A stretch of DNA of 64,000 nucleotides. Origin: Candidatus Sericytochromatia bacterium. Its GTDB lineage: Bacteria; Cyanobacteriota; Sericytochromatia; UBA7694; JACMQJ01. Shown here piece after piece: positions 11,131-23,320 of this stretch. Every line of letters starts with the position of its first letter. Within the stretch, counting starts at the first letter, position 1. Both the position numbers and the translations under genes were made by a program. The DNA lies in NCBI GenBank assembly GCA_026004035.1, contig BPII01000006.1, forward strand, positions 80,428 to 144,427. The letters run 5' to 3'. Under the pieces are notes generated by a model. The model was not told where the DNA came from. It did no database searches and saw nothing but the letters and a program-made list of their open reading frames with translations.

Positions 11131-11567
11131 TGAGAAAAAAATATCCTGAATATATTTATGAACTTGAAGATTTACTAACTCAAATATTTAGAAATTTAAA
11201 GGAAAATCATGTAAAAGATGCATGTAATGTTAATTTATCAATGCCACAATTTATATGTTTATTTATAATATCAAAAATTGGTAAGATGAAAATGAGTGAT
11301 TTAGCATCTTATCTTTCTCTTTCTTATGCTTCAGCAACCAATCTTATAAATAGACTTGTAGAAGCTAACTTAGTTAATAGATATGATGATCCTTTAGATA
11401 GAAGAGTAGTTATAGTTGAATTAACAAACAAAGGTTTAGAATTAACAGATACTATAAAAGAAAAACATAGAGAGACATTTTATAAAAATTGTTCAAAACT
11501 TTCTAATAAAGAAATAAAAACATTAATAGATGGACTTAATATTTTAGTAAAAATAATAAAGTATTAG
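11130..11567 (+). CDS. MarR-family transcriptional regulator
   Basis: LSMPQF, SATNLINRLVEANLVNR and DRRVVIVELT.KG motifs. TAATG coupling to tolC. Confidence 0.92.
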   Translation: MRKKYPEYIYELEDLLTQIFRNLKENHVKDACNVNLSMPQFICLFIISKIGKMKMSDLASYLSLSYASATNLINRLVEANLVNRYDDPLDRRVVIVELTNKGLELTDTIKEKHRETFYKNCSKLSNKEIKTLIDGLNILVKIIKY

Positions 11568-11611
11568 TTTTTTATAGTTAATAAGATTATGATAAAACGT
11601 AGTTTTCATAA

Positions 11612-11770
11612 TTTAAAAACTTATAGTTTTTTTAATTTTTTATACTTTATTTTTAACTATTAATTATGCACTATATTATTATCATACTGTGAACATATTT
11701 AAGAAAAAATAGTATCATAATTAAATGATTCTATATAATTTTTTTGATTTATTGTAAAGTTAGCTTCAAT
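11612..11770. repeat. Dispersed degenerate repeat family II, copy B
   Basis: TAAAAACTTATAGTTTTTTTAATTTTTTATACTTTATTTTTAA is nearly identical to the reverse complement of about 26950-26993. 11688-11770 resembles 5886-5968. Confidence 0.7.
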
Positions 11771-12024
11771 ATCAAAATTGAATAAAATACTTTAAGTAGT
11801 TTTTTATTATGAATTCTAAAGTTTTCTTTGAGTTTTATTTAATTTTTTGTCATCAAAATTGGCAAAATTTAGTAAATTATATTAAAATGTTCAAGGTATT
11901 AATTATAAAAATTAGTATAAATATATATTTAGAGTAAGAAGTTTAGTTTTTCTTTTAGAATTTTTCTCTTATAATTTCCAAAAAGAATTATAAGCTAATT
12001 TATTTATATTTTAATTAACTTAAA

Positions 12025-13113
12025 TTAAATATAATTCATTATTTTATATTGTTTTTTTATAGACTCTTTATGTATAACCTCAAAAACTTCTTTTATAAAT
12101 TTTTCAGATAAATTTTTCTTAATGCCTATTTCTGTTCTGCTATTTATTATTTGTCGCCATCTTTCAGGTTGAAATATAGTTATATTATTGTCTTTTTTAT
12201 ATTTTCCTATTTCTTCTACAATTTTCATTCTAGCTTCTATTAAATCTAATATTTCTAAATCTATATTATCTATTTTTTCTCTTAGTACATCTAATGTATT
12301 ATTAAATTCATTATTAGTAGATTTATCTTTTCTTAAAATTAAATTATCAATAATTTTTTTAAAATCAATGGGGGTTACTTGTTGTTTTGAATCACTCCAA
12401 GCAATATCTGGGTTTATATGAGATTCTATCATTAACCCATCAAAATTTAAATCCATAGCTTTTTGTGATATACTTTGTAATAAGTCTCTAGAACCTGATA
12501 TATGACTTGGATCACATATCAACATGATATTAGGATATCTTCTTCTTAATTCAATGGGAATTTCCCAATAAGGCTTGTTTCTGTATAATGTTTTTTCATA
12601 ACTAGAAAATCCTCTATGTATTGCTGCTATATTTTTTATTCCAGCTCTTATTATTCTCTCTATTGCACCTATCCATAACTCTATGTCAGGATTGATAGGA
12701 TTTTTTACCATTACAGGTACATTAACTCCTTTTAATGAGTCAGCTATTTCTTGAACTGAAAATGGATTTACAGTTGTTCTTGCACCTATCCATAGAACAT
12801 CAATTTGGTATTTTAAAGCAAGTTCAACATGTTTTGAATTTGCTACTTCAACAGCAACAGGTATTTTTGTTATTTTACTAGCTTCTTTTAACCATTTGAG
12901 AGCTTCTTCACCTACTCCTTCAAATGTGTCAGGTTTAGTTCTAGGTTTCCATACACCAGCTCTTAACAAATCTACAACATTTGTTTTTGATAATTCCACA
13001 CACGTTCTTATTACCTGTTCTGAAGTTTCGGCACTACAAGGACCAGATATTATAAAAGGCTTTTGTTTATTAGAAATTCTTTCAAATTTTATTTTTTTTT
13101 CAGTTAGTATCAT
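12025..13113 (-). CDS. Bifunctional DAHP synthase (class I-beta) / chorismate mutase type II
   Basis: ISGPCSAE, RAGVWKPRT, WIGART, DPSH and GLMIESH motifs, plus a C-terminal LREKIDNID..R..IG..K..N mutase domain. Confidence 0.92.
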   Translation of the reverse strand: MILTEKKIKFERISNKQKPFIISGPCSAETSEQVIRTCVELSKTNVVDLLRAGVWKPRTKPDTFEGVGEEALKWLKEASKITKIPVAVEVANSKHVELALKYQIDVLWIGARTTVNPFSVQEIADSLKGVNVPVMVKNPINPDIELWIGAIERIIRAGIKNIAAIHRGFSSYEKTLYRNKPYWEIPIELRRRYPNIMLICDPSHISGSRDLLQSISQKAMDLNFDGLMIESHINPDIAWSDSKQQVTPIDFKKIIDNLILRKDKSTNNEFNNTLDVLREKIDNIDLEILDLIEARMKIVEEIGKYKKDNNITIFQPERWRQIINSRTEIGIKKNLSEKFIKEVFEVIHKESIKKQYKIMNYI

Positions 13114-13306
13114 AAAAATATTATAAATTCTAAAAACTTATTTTATCTAAAATAAAAATTATATTGTAATAATAAAAACAAAATTTATAAGAATTTAATT
13201 TTTATCACATTCTTATTTTAAGAATTTTATTTTATAAAATATACAAAACAATTATTTTTGAGTATAATTAAATTGAAATATTAATTTTTAGGAGTATATA
13301 AACACA

Positions 13307-15769
13307 ATGTTTGAACGTTTTACAGAAAAAGCAATTAAAGTTATAATGTTAGCTCAAGAAGAAGCAAGAAGATTAGGACATAATTTTGTAGGTACAGAAC
13401 AGATTTTATTAGGTCTAATAGGCGAAGGAACTGGTATAGCTGCTAAAGTTTTAAAAAATTTAGGTATAACATTAAAAGATGCTAGAGTTGAAGTAGAAAA
13501 AATAATTGGTAGAGGTTCTGGTTTCGTAGCTGTAGAAATTCCATTTACCCCAAGAGCAAAAAGAGTTTTAGAATTATCATGGGATGAAGCAAGACAATTA
13601 GGACATAATTATATAGGTACTGAACATTTATTATTAGGTTTAATAAGAGAAGGTGAAGGCGTGGCTGTAAGAGTTCTTGAAAATTTAGGAGTTGAATTAT
13701 CAAAAGTTCGTTCTAGTGTTATAAGAATGTTAGGTGATACATCATCTTCAGGTAGTGGTAGTAGTCAACAAAGAAGTAAGACACCGACTTTAGATGAATT
13801 TGGAACTAATTTAACATTGGCAGCTGAAGAAGGAAGATTAGACCCTGTTATAGGAAGAGAGAAAGAAATTGAAAGAGTTGTTCAAATATTAGGTAGAAGG
13901 ACGAAAAATAATCCTGTTTTAATAGGTGAGCCGGGAGTTGGTAAAACAGCAATAGCTGAAGGTTTAGCTTTAAGAATAGCAGCTGAAGAGGTACCCGATG
14001 TATTAAAAGACAAAAAAGTTGTAATGATAGATATAGGATCATTAGTTGCTGGTACAAAATACAGAGGAGAGTTTGAAGAAAGATTGAAGAAAATTATGGA
14101 AGAAATTAAAGCAGCAGGAAATGTAATACTTGTTATAGATGAATTACACACTTTGATAGGAGCTGGAGCAGCTGAAGGTGCTGTTGATGCAGCTAATATT
14201 TTGAAACCAGCTTTGGCAAGAGGAGAATTACAATGTATAGGTGCTACAACATTAGATGAGTTTAGAAAACATATAGAAAAAGACGCAGCATTAGAGAGAC
14301 GATTTCAACAAGTTATGGTTGATGAACCTTCTATTGAAGATACAATAGAAATTTTGAGAGGATTAAAGGATAGATATGAAGCACATCATAAACTAAAAAT
14401 TTCTGATGAAGCAATAGTTGCAGCTGTTAAATTATCCCAAAGGTATATAACAGACAGATTTTTACCTGATAAAGCAATAGATTTAATGGATGAAGCAGGT
14501 TCAAGAGTTAGGTTTAGAAATTCTTCATTACCACCTGAAGCTAAAGAATTAGAAAAGCAATTAAAAATATTAAATAAGCAAAAAGAAAAATATATAAGGG
14601 AACAAAATTTTGAAAAAGCATCTAAGTTAAGAGATGAAGAAGAAACATTAAAAAATAGGATAAAAGAATTAACCGAAGAATGGAAATCTAAAAAAGAAGG
14701 TAATGATTCTATACCTGTAGTTACAGAAAATGATATAACTGAAATAGTAGCTAGTTGGACAAATATACCAGTTACAAAATTGTCAGAAGATGAAACAAAA
14801 AGATTAATAAATATGGAAGAAATATTGCATCAAAGAGTTATAGGACAAGAAGAAGCTATATCAGCTATTTCAAGAGCAATAAGAAGAGCAAGAGTTGGAC
14901 TTAAAAATCCTAATAGACCAATTGGTTCTTTTATATTTTCTGGACCAAGTGGTGTTGGTAAAACAGAATTAGCAAAAACATTAGCAGCATTTTTCTTTGG
15001 AACAGAGCAATCAATGATAAGAGTTGATATGTCTGAATTTATGGAAAGACACACTGTTTCTAAATTGATAGGTTCACCACCAGGATATGTAGGTTATCAA
15101 GAAGGAGGACAATTAACTGAACAAGTTAGAAGAAAACCTTATTCTGTTGTTTTATTTGACGAAATAGAAAAAGCTCATCCCGATGTTTTTAATACTTTAC
15201 TTCAAATACTAGAAGATGGAAGACTTACAGACTCAAAAGGTAGAGTAGTAAGTTTTAAAAATACCATTATAATAATGACTTCAAATGTTGGTGCTAAAGC
15301 TCTTGAAAAAGGAACATCTATGGGATTTAGCATAGGAAAAAACGAAAATGAGGATAAATATAATAGAATGAAGGAAATTGTTATGAATGAGCTTAAGGAA
15401 AATTTCAGACCAGAGTTTATAAACAGATTAGATGAAGTTATAGTATTCAGACAATTAACTGAAAAAGAAATAACAAAAATAGTTGATTTAATGCTAAAAG
15501 AATTAATTGATAGGTTAAAAGAACAAGAAATTATTGTTGAATTCTCTGATGAAGTAAAAGCTATGCTTGTTAAAGAAGGATATAATCCTACATTAGGAGC
15601 TAGAAACATGAGAAGAACTATATCAAAATTAATAGAAGATCCTTTAGCTGAAGAAATATTGGCTACAAATATTCCTAAAAATCAGCCGTTAATAGTTAAA
15701 TTAAAAGATAAAAATAAAATTTATCTTGAAAATAAAGTCGAAAATAAAGAACTTGCACCAACAACTTAG
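13307..15769 (+). CDS. clpC: ATP-dependent Clp protease ATP-binding subunit ClpC (cyanobacterial/plastid-like)
   Basis: [33 protein letters not shown]-terminus, Walker A motifs GEPGVGKT and [11 protein letters not shown]-like middle domain. Confidence 0.97.
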   Translation: MFERFTEKAIKVIMLAQEEARRLGHNFVGTEQILLGLIGEGTGIAAKVLKNLGITLKDARVEVEKIIGRGSGFVAVEIPFTPRAKRVLELSWDEARQLGHNYIGTEHLLLGLIREGEGVAVRVLENLGVELSKVRSSVIRMLGDTSSSGSGSSQQRSKTPTLDEFGTNLTLAAEEGRLDPVIGREKEIERVVQILGRRTKNNPVLIGEPGVGKTAIAEGLALRIAAEEVPDVLKDKKVVMIDIGSLVAGTKYRGEFEERLKKIMEEIKAAGNVILVIDELHTLIGAGAAEGAVDAANILKPALARGELQCIGATTLDEFRKHIEKDAALERRFQQVMVDEPSIEDTIEILRGLKDRYEAHHKLKISDEAIVAAVKLSQRYITDRFLPDKAIDLMDEAGSRVRFRNSSLPPEAKELEKQLKILNKQKEKYIREQNFEKASKLRDEEETLKNRIKELTEEWKSKKEGNDSIPVVTENDITEIVASWTNIPVTKLSEDETKRLINMEEILHQRVIGQEEAISAISRAIRRARVGLKNPNRPIGSFIFSGPSGVGKTELAKTLAAFFFGTEQSMIRVDMSEFMERHTVSKLIGSPPGYVGYQEGGQLTEQVRRKPYSVVLFDEIEKAHPDVFNTLLQILEDGRLTDSKGRVVSFKNTIIIMTSNVGAKALEKGTSMGFSIGKNENEDKYNRMKEIVMNELKENFRPEFINRLDEVIVFRQLTEKEITKIVDLMLKELIDRLKEQEIIVEFSDEVKAMLVKEGYNPTLGARNMRRTISKLIEDPLAEEILATNIPKNQPLIVKLKDKNKIYLENKVENKELAPTT

Positions 15770-15771
15770 AA

Positions 15772-16585
15772 ATGAAAAAAATAAATTATTTAAAACATGC
15801 TTTTAAAGAAAAATTTAATCAAATATTATTGTTTTTGATAATATTTAGTTTATTTTTTGTAAAAAGATTATTTTTTCCTCTTTTATTTATAGAATTATTC
15901 TATCTTTTTTTTATTAGTCAATCTAATTTTTATAGAAATTATATAAAGAGAACTTATTATTTAAATCAAGAGAATAATAAACAAAGAATTTATGAGTTAG
16001 ATAATTTTTTCAGAGAAAAAGCAGAAAAATTATATGATAAATTAAATAATGTATGTTTTTCATGTAAAAAATAAGAATTTACAAGATATTTTATCTAAAG
16101 AAATTCAAGAATTAAATTATCTTTTTGAAAATTATGTAAATTTTGCAACAACTATAACAAATTATAATAAGTATTTAAACGAAAATAATATTTCAAAAAT
16201 AGATGAAGAGATTAGTAACTTAAAACATAGAATAGATAATTATTTAGAAGGAACTAAATGTAATGATTTAGATGAAATATATTCAAGGATGCAAAAAAGA
16301 AATTTACTTTTAGAAAATTTAAAAATATTAGAAAAAAGAAAAAGTAAAATAAAACAGATAAAATATACTGTTGATAAATTAAAAGCTGAATTAGAACTTA
16401 TAGAGAATACTTTTTATTTAATAAGTGATAATTTGATTACTTTTGGAAATACAGAAAATTTAAATATAGATGTTAGCACAGTTATAAATAGTATCGAAAG
16501 TACAGAAAATATTATAAAATCAACAGAGCAAGAAATGAATGAGTTAAAAAAAATTATGAATATAAAGAAAACTATATTAAACTGA
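15772..16585 (+). CDS. Membrane-anchored coiled-coil hypothetical protein, split into two ORFs by a frameshift near 16056
   Basis: Two overlapping ORFs join if one T is removed from TGTTTTTCAT. Two N-terminal hydrophobic segments precede a long helical region. Confidence 0.55.
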
Positions 16586-16678
16586 TTTTTTTCTTAAAAA
16601 TGAATAAAAAAATATTATAAAAAATAATTTTTTAAACTAAACTATAATTAGTTAATTATTATTTTAGGTGATATATCT

Positions 16679-16834
16679 ATGAACGAAAATCTTGGAATGT
16701 ACATGTTTTATATAGCTCTTTGTATGGGTGGTGCTGCTTGGTTTATTCTTATATGGGCTGTAAAAGATGGTCAGTTTAAATATTCTGAAGAAGATAATCG
16801 TAGAGCATTAGATGCAGAGGAAAAATATATATAA
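16679..16834 (+). CDS. ccoS: cbb3-type cytochrome oxidase maturation protein CcoS/FixS (51 aa, absent from the ORF track)
   Basis: MNENLGMYMFYIALCMGGAAWFILIWAVKDGQFKYSEEDNRRALDAEEKYI: one TM helix followed by the W-A-V-K-x-G-Q-F signature. AGGTG RBS upstream. Confidence 0.82.
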   Translation: MNENLGMYMFYIALCMGGAAWFILIWAVKDGQFKYSEEDNRRALDAEEKYI

Positions 16835-16839
16835 AATAA

Positions 16840-18180
16840 ATGAATGATACTACTAACAAAGAATTAGATAATTTGTTTCATACAAATTCAGGAATTTTAA
16901 TACCTCAATCAACAGGAATAGTAAATTTTTCTTCTTATAAAAAAGATAAAAGAAAACTTTTTGAAAATATAAGTTATTTGTACAAATTGTTAAGAAACTG
17001 GAATATTGAATCAGCTTTTGAGTTTTTAAATTTTTCACAAAAAAATAATTTTGAAGATATTTTGGAATATTTATCCTTTTTACCAAATGAGAAATATTTA
17101 TCAAATATGGTAGAAACCTTGGCAATATTTTTTGAAGCAAATTTAATAACAATTGGTGATATTCTAGAAAATGAAATATTATTTCAATCTTTTAAAAGAA
17201 TATATTCTGAAAGAGTATTAATAATATTGCAAGCTTTTTTGTATTATATTTACTCTTTTGAAAAAAAAGTACTACCCGTAAAAAAAACTGCTTGGGAATT
17301 ATTAAGCAAATCTAATAAACATTTTGAAGCATTTTTCTTATTAGATGAAATAAATAAAAGTAATATAAGAATAAAAAAAATACATGAATTACTAACACAG
17401 GAGAGATATAATTTAAATCAAAAAATAAATGAGAATATAGATTTATTAAACTGCTTTTTAGGTAGTAATAATATATTGACTCATATATTCAATGCTTATA
17501 AAAATTTTGATAGTGATGAATATATAGTAAAATATTTGACTCAAAAACTTAATATTGATGAAAAGCCAAGACCATTAATTCAAAAAATTTTAATGTATAA
17601 AACATCTGATCATGGGAATAATGTTATTAATATACTAAAAATGTGGTCATCTAATATAAATACAGATGAATTTATGAATTTTCTTATAAATAATTTTTCT
17701 TATATTTTAAAAGAAGATGATTTCTATAAAATTGAATATCAAGATATTTTTAGAGATATTCACTTATCAGCTTTAGATTTTTGTAAAAAAAATAATAAGA
17801 ATATAGTAGATATGCTTTTAAACTTATTTGTAGCTTATCTTTTTAATTACACTAACTTTTTATCTTTTAATGATTTAAAAAAAGTTATGTTTTATTTTTC
17901 ATTTGAATCTGTAATAGGTGTAAATAAAATAAAGTATAAAATAGAAGATGTAATTGAAGGAATAATAAAATCAATAATTTTTACTTATAAGAATATAGAA
18001 ATACCTTCTTTAAAAAAACATGATTTTATAGAACTTTTTCATTATTTGATACAAGGCTTTTATAGCGCTAATATAGAAATATATCCAAATATTACTATAA
18101 TTCAGAAAAATATTGAAACATTACATAAAAAATTTGATAATGAAATAAAAAATTTACTTAATAAAGAAATTTTCAGATAA
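16840..18180 (+). CDS. Hypothetical all-helical protein
   Basis: 446-aa ORF starting 5 nt after ccoS. No motif recognised. Confidence 0.6.
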   Translation: MNDTTNKELDNLFHTNSGILIPQSTGIVNFSSYKKDKRKLFENISYLYKLLRNWNIESAFEFLNFSQKNNFEDILEYLSFLPNEKYLSNMVETLAIFFEANLITIGDILENEILFQSFKRIYSERVLIILQAFLYYIYSFEKKVLPVKKTAWELLSKSNKHFEAFFLLDEINKSNIRIKKIHELLTQERYNLNQKINENIDLLNCFLGSNNILTHIFNAYKNFDSDEYIVKYLTQKLNIDEKPRPLIQKILMYKTSDHGNNVINILKMWSSNINTDEFMNFLINNFSYILKEDDFYKIEYQDIFRDIHLSALDFCKKNNKNIVDMLLNLFVAYLFNYTNFLSFNDLKKVMFYFSFESVIGVNKIKYKIEDVIEGIIKSIIFTYKNIEIPSLKKHDFIELFHYLIQGFYSANIEIYPNITIIQKNIETLHKKFDNEIKNLLNKEIFR

Positions 18181-18216
18181 TATAGATATTTATAAATTAC
18201 TAGTAAATCAAGATAT

Positions 18217-19784
18217 ATGAAGAAATTTTTTATAACTTTAATTACTATAATTTTTATATCAAACATTTATTCTTGCAAAACAAATATTGATAGAAGTAAT
18301 ATTTTAGTTTTTGGAAAAGCAAAAGATGCTGTTACTTTAGATCCAGCTGATATTACAGATGGTGAATCTTCTGCTATTTCTCAAAATATTTTTGAAACTT
18401 TGGTAAGATACAAAGATGAATCAACAGAAGTTGAACCTTGTTTAGCTACTTCATGGAGAATAAGTGATAATAAATTAGAATGGACATTTAATCTTAGAAA
18501 AAATGTTAAATTTCATGATGGAACTGATTTTGATGCTGAAGCTGTAAAATTTAACTATGATAGACAAATGGATGAAAAAAATCCTTATAGATACAATGGA
18601 AAATTTGAATATTGGAATTTATTTTTTAGTAATGTAAAAAAAAATAGAAGTTATTGATAAATATACTATTAAATTTTATCTTTCTACAAAAGACCCTACT
18701 TTTTTAGCAAATTTAGCATTATTTACAATGGGAATAGCAAGTCCAACAGCTATAAAAAAATATGGTAGAGATTTTTTTAAAAATCCTGTTGGAACTGGAC
18801 CTTATAAATTTTCTATATGGTTACAAAATGAAAAAAATTCTTTTAAAAGCATTTGAAAATTATTGGGGAGGAAAACCTAAGTTAGAAAAACTAATATTTA
18901 AACCTATACCAGACAACTCTGTAAGATTATTGGAACTTGAAAATAATTCAATTGATGGTATGGATGGAATAAATCCTGATGATTTAGAAAGAATAGAAAA
19001 AAATAAAAATTTATATGTTATTAAACAACCTGGAATGAATGTTGGTTATTTAGCTTTTAATACAGAGAAATACCCATTTAATAATAGAAATTTTAGACTT
19101 GCAATAAATTATGCAGTTAATAAAGAAGCATTAGTAAAAGCTTTTTTTGCAAAAGGAAAAATAGGAGAAGTAGCAAAAAATCCTATACCACCGACAATAT
19201 GGGGATATAATTATGATATAAAACCTTATGAATATAATCCAGAAAAAGCAAAGAAGTTATTGAAAAATATTAATCTAAATAAAACTATTAAATTTTGGGC
19301 TATGCCTGTATCAAGACCTTATATGCCAAATCCTCAAAAAATTGCTGAATCAATACAAGAAGATTTAAGAAAAATAGGTATAAAAACAGAAATAATTAGT
19401 TATGATTGGGGAACTTATCTAGATAAAGTTTCAAAAGGTGAGCATGATATGTGCTTACTTGGTTGGATAGGTGATAATGGTGATCCTGATAACTTCTTAT
19501 ACACTTTATTATCATCAAAAAATACAAAAAAAGGTAGTGCTTCTAACTATTCATTTTATAAAAATCCTGAAATGGATAAGTACTTAGAATTAGCAAAATA
19601 TGAATTAAATAAAAATATTAGAATTAATGCTTATAAAAAAGCTCAAGAAATTTTTCATAAAGATGTACCTTGGCTTGTACTATTTCATTCTAAACAATTA
19701 ATAGCTTTTAATAAAAAAGTAAAAGGATATAAATTACATCCTACTGGTGCTAAAATTTTTAGAAATACTTATATTCAATTGTGA
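18217..19784 (+). CDS. dppA: ABC transporter peptide-binding lipoprotein (DppA/OppA family 5), frameshifted
   Basis: Lipobox IYSC, TLDPA and LRKNVKFHDGT.FDAEAV. PVGTGPY lies in a bridging frame, followed by RPYMPNP and GWIGDNGDPDNF. Confidence 0.88.
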
Positions 19785-19803
19785 TTTTTTAGCATAGTTT
19801 TTT

Positions 19804-20718
19804 ATGAAAAATATCTTTTTATTTTTAATAATATTTACTTTATCTTGTAGTTTAAAAAATAATGAAGATATAATAAATACTCCATTAGTAGCTTACGTAA
19901 AAGTTGATAAAATAAAAACCACTGTTGGTGATACAATAAACGCAACTTTTACAATAGATAAAGATATTAATATAAAAGAACATATACCAGACTTAAAAAA
20001 ACATTTTCAAGATTTTATAGTATATGAAGAGTTTAAATCAAAAGAAAAATATATAAATAATAGGGTAATATTGGAATTTAAATATAAGTTACAAGTCCCT
20101 GTAAAAGGAACCTATATTATAGATCCCATAGAAATAAAATATGAAGTACCTGAAGAGTTAGAAAAAATTTTTGGTAAAAGCTCTAAAGTAAAAACTTCTA
20201 AAATTTATATAGAAGTGAAAAGTAATTTAACAAAAGAAGATAAAGAAAAAGATATTGAAGATATAAAACCTTTAATAGATATACCATATATAAGTAAAAA
20301 TATTTTAATTGTAGTTACTTTATGCTTTTTTATATCATTCATAATCATTTTTTACTTATTTAAAATTCTTAATAAAAAAGATATTAAAGTTCCATATTAT
20401 AAAATAGCATTAAAAGAGCTAAAAAATATTGATTTTTCTGATACAAAAAAATGTTATTTTAAGTTATCTAACATATTAAGAAGATTTATTGATGAAGAAT
20501 TTAATTTAAAAACATTAGAAAAAACTACTGAAGAAATAGAAATAACATTGAAAAAATCTAAAATTAAAAACAATATAGAAATAATAAGTATATTAAAGAA
20601 GATAGATATTTATAAATTTACAGATAAACAATCTAATAAAGAAGAAGTTCTTTTATTTATCAATAAAATAATAGATTTTATAACTATTAATAAAGATAAA
20701 GAAGAAATAAAAAAATAA
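19804..20718 (+). CDS. BatD/DUF4381-like membrane-anchored protein
   Basis: VDK....VGD.I, G.Y.I.PI.I.Y and DIEDIKP, then a TM helix, then AL.EL..I...YF.LS.ILRRFI...F....LEKTTEEI. Confidence 0.6.
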   Translation: MKNIFLFLIIFTLSCSLKNNEDIINTPLVAYVKVDKIKTTVGDTINATFTIDKDINIKEHIPDLKKHFQDFIVYEEFKSKEKYINNRVILEFKYKLQVPVKGTYIIDPIEIKYEVPEELEKIFGKSSKVKTSKIYIEVKSNLTKEDKEKDIEDIKPLIDIPYISKNILIVVTLCFFISFIIIFYLFKILNKKDIKVPYYKIALKELKNIDFSDTKKCYFKLSNILRRFIDEEFNLKTLEKTTEEIEITLKKSKIKNNIEIISILKKIDIYKFTDKQSNKEEVLLFINKIIDFITINKDKEEIKK

Positions 20719-20833
20719 ATTTTAACAAAAAATAAGTTCAGTTTTACTGAAATTTAACTATAAATAAATATTATTATAACTATTTATTAATTTTATGTTG
20801 CTAAAATACATTTATGTATAGTAGAGATAGAAT

Positions 20834-22049
20834 ATGAAAAAAACTATATTATCATTTTTAATGGTATTTTTAAGTAGCTGTAATAATATTGCTACTGATT
20901 TTTTTGATGATAAAATTTTTAATCAAACAGATATTTCAACACAAAGTACAAAATTACCTTCATTACCTAATAGAGCAGTTTTTGCTGTTTTTTAATAATG
21001 CTTACAAAGGTTTATATGAAGAAAATATGCAAATAGCTAAAAATGATCCTTATAATAGTGATAAATACTTTTTTAAGATAATTTCATCAGCAAAATCAAC
21101 TTTAGATGTAGCTTTTTTTGACATAGAAAATGAAGATGCAACTTCATATATAATAAATGCTAAAAAAAGAGGTGTTAAAGTTAGAGTTGTTACTGATTCT
21201 GATAATTTAAGAGATAAACAAAATCCTGATTTACCAAGAAAAGCCATAGAAGATATGAAAAAAAGAAGGAATAGAAGTTGTTGATGATAAAAGAAATGCT
21301 TTTATGCACCATAAATTTATGATAATAGATAATGAATATGTTTGGCTTGGTTCAATGAATCCAAACAACAAGCTCTATGTATCATCATAATAATAATTCT
21401 CTTTTAATAAAATCATCAGAGTTAGCTGAAAATTATAATGTTGTTTTTTAATAAATTATTTGAAAATAAAGATTTTTCTAATCCTGTAACAAATATACCT
21501 TACCCAGTTATAGAATTAGATGGATCTATAATAAGGACTTATTTTTCACCAAATGGATATACTAAACAAGCTATAATGGAAAGATTAAAAAATGCTACAA
21601 AGAGTATAAGATTTATGGCTTTTGCTTTTACAGATAAAGACATTGCTAATATTTTAATTGAAAAAAAGAAAGAAGGTTTAATAGTAGAAGGTATCTATGA
21701 TTCATGTTTAATAGGTAAATATTCTACTTATTACTCTTTAAGAGAAAATAAAATACTTGCTTTAAGGGATGGAAATCAGGCATTAATGCATCATAAAACT
21801 ATTATTATTGACAATAAGACTGTAATTACAGGTTCTTTTAACTTTTCAAAAAGTGCTCAAGAAAGTAATAATGAAGATACTTTAATAATAGATTCTTATG
21901 GATTATCAACTGTTTATACAGGCGAGTTTTTTAGATTAAAAAAAGCAGCTTTTAATAATAAAGATTTACCTCCTTATGATCATCCTGCTTGTGGTAATGG
22001 TGGAGGAAATAATGATAATCCAGATGGTAATCCTATATCAGAAGGATAA
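20834..22049 (+). CDS. Phospholipase D-family lipoprotein (nuclease/phospholipase), frameshifted
   Basis: ATG 20834 with lipobox LSSC. Two HKD motifs: MHHKFMIID near 21304 and MHHKTIIID...GSFNFS. Confidence 0.85.
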
Positions 22050-22161
22050 ACAAAAATTACTCTTAATTTAACCTGCACTTTACTTTAAACTAGCAAGTAG
22101 AAAAATATTAAATCTATAACTTTAAATGTAAGATAGAGAAAAATAGGAGCTAAATTTTTTT

Positions 22162-23293
22162 ATGAGTAAATTTTTTAAAATTAGGAATAAGTGTTTTATT
22201 AATAACAAGTTTAAATGCTTGTGGAAAAAAGTTATCACCAATAACACCTGCTCCTAGTGTTCCGTCACAACCAGTTAGTAGTATTCCTGATGATTTTTAT
22301 AGTTATCCTGATAATAATAATGATATAAATAATAATTATCCATCTGTTCCTACAGCTGTTCCAAATACACAAGCAGGAACCTTCAAAGTTGATCAAGATT
22401 TACTTCATTCATGGCAAGCTAGAGGTATAGCTGTTAGTGGAGGAACTATTTACTTAACAGCAGCTGATACAAGCGGATTATTTAAAAAGGGAACTGTTAT
22501 AAAAATGAATGCAAGTGATGGTAAAAATTGGAAAGATTTAGCATCTTCATTTTTAGGTGCTAGACATCCTATGGATTCAACAGTTACAGGATTAGCTATA
22601 TCAGGAGGAACAATATTAGCTGGTGATTCAACAGCAAAAATGTATGTTGTAGATGCTTCAAAAGGTTCTGTAAAAACAGTTAAGAATGCTGGTGGTTTAG
22701 ATGTTGCTTCAACAGCAGGTAGTTTCTTTATAGCAAATGGAACAATTGAAAAAACAGATGCTAGTGCAAGCTCTAGAAATCCTTTACCTAATTTAACTGT
22801 GACAGGTGGTATTGGTGCTGATGCTATGGGAAATGTATACGCTGTAAGTGGAAATACTATTAAAAAAGTTGATTTAAATTCTCAAGTTACAGATATAATA
22901 ACTACTGATTTAGTATCTCCTCTTGATGTAGCTGTAGATAATAGAAACGGTGATATCTATGTCTTAGAACAAGCTATGATAAAAAGATTTTCTACAAATG
23001 GTCAATTATTAAGTCAATTTTCAAATGGTTCTTCTAAACCTGTTGGAATAGCAGTTGATGAAACTGGTTGTGTTTATGTAGCTGATGCTGGTACAAGTAA
23101 AGCTGATTCAAAAGTTGTCAAATTTTCAGCTTCTGTAGATGGTAATAATAATTCTATGAATAATTTTGGTTACCAAAATAACTATGGAACAGGTTACAAC
23201 AATATGTCATATCAAAATTCTTATTCTTCATACTCAAATACAAGAAATAATTTAACAACTACAAAAACATCTAGATTAGCTGGAAGACAATAA
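22162..23293 (+). CDS. NHL-repeat beta-propeller lipoprotein; start displaced by a frameshift
   Basis: ATG 22162 with AGGAG RBS, lipobox LNAC, Pro/Asn-rich linker, and PLDVAVD..GDIYV and PVGIAVD..G.VYVAD repeats. Confidence 0.75.
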
Positions 23294-23320
23294 GTTTTTA
23301 AAATCTCTATCTCTACGCTA

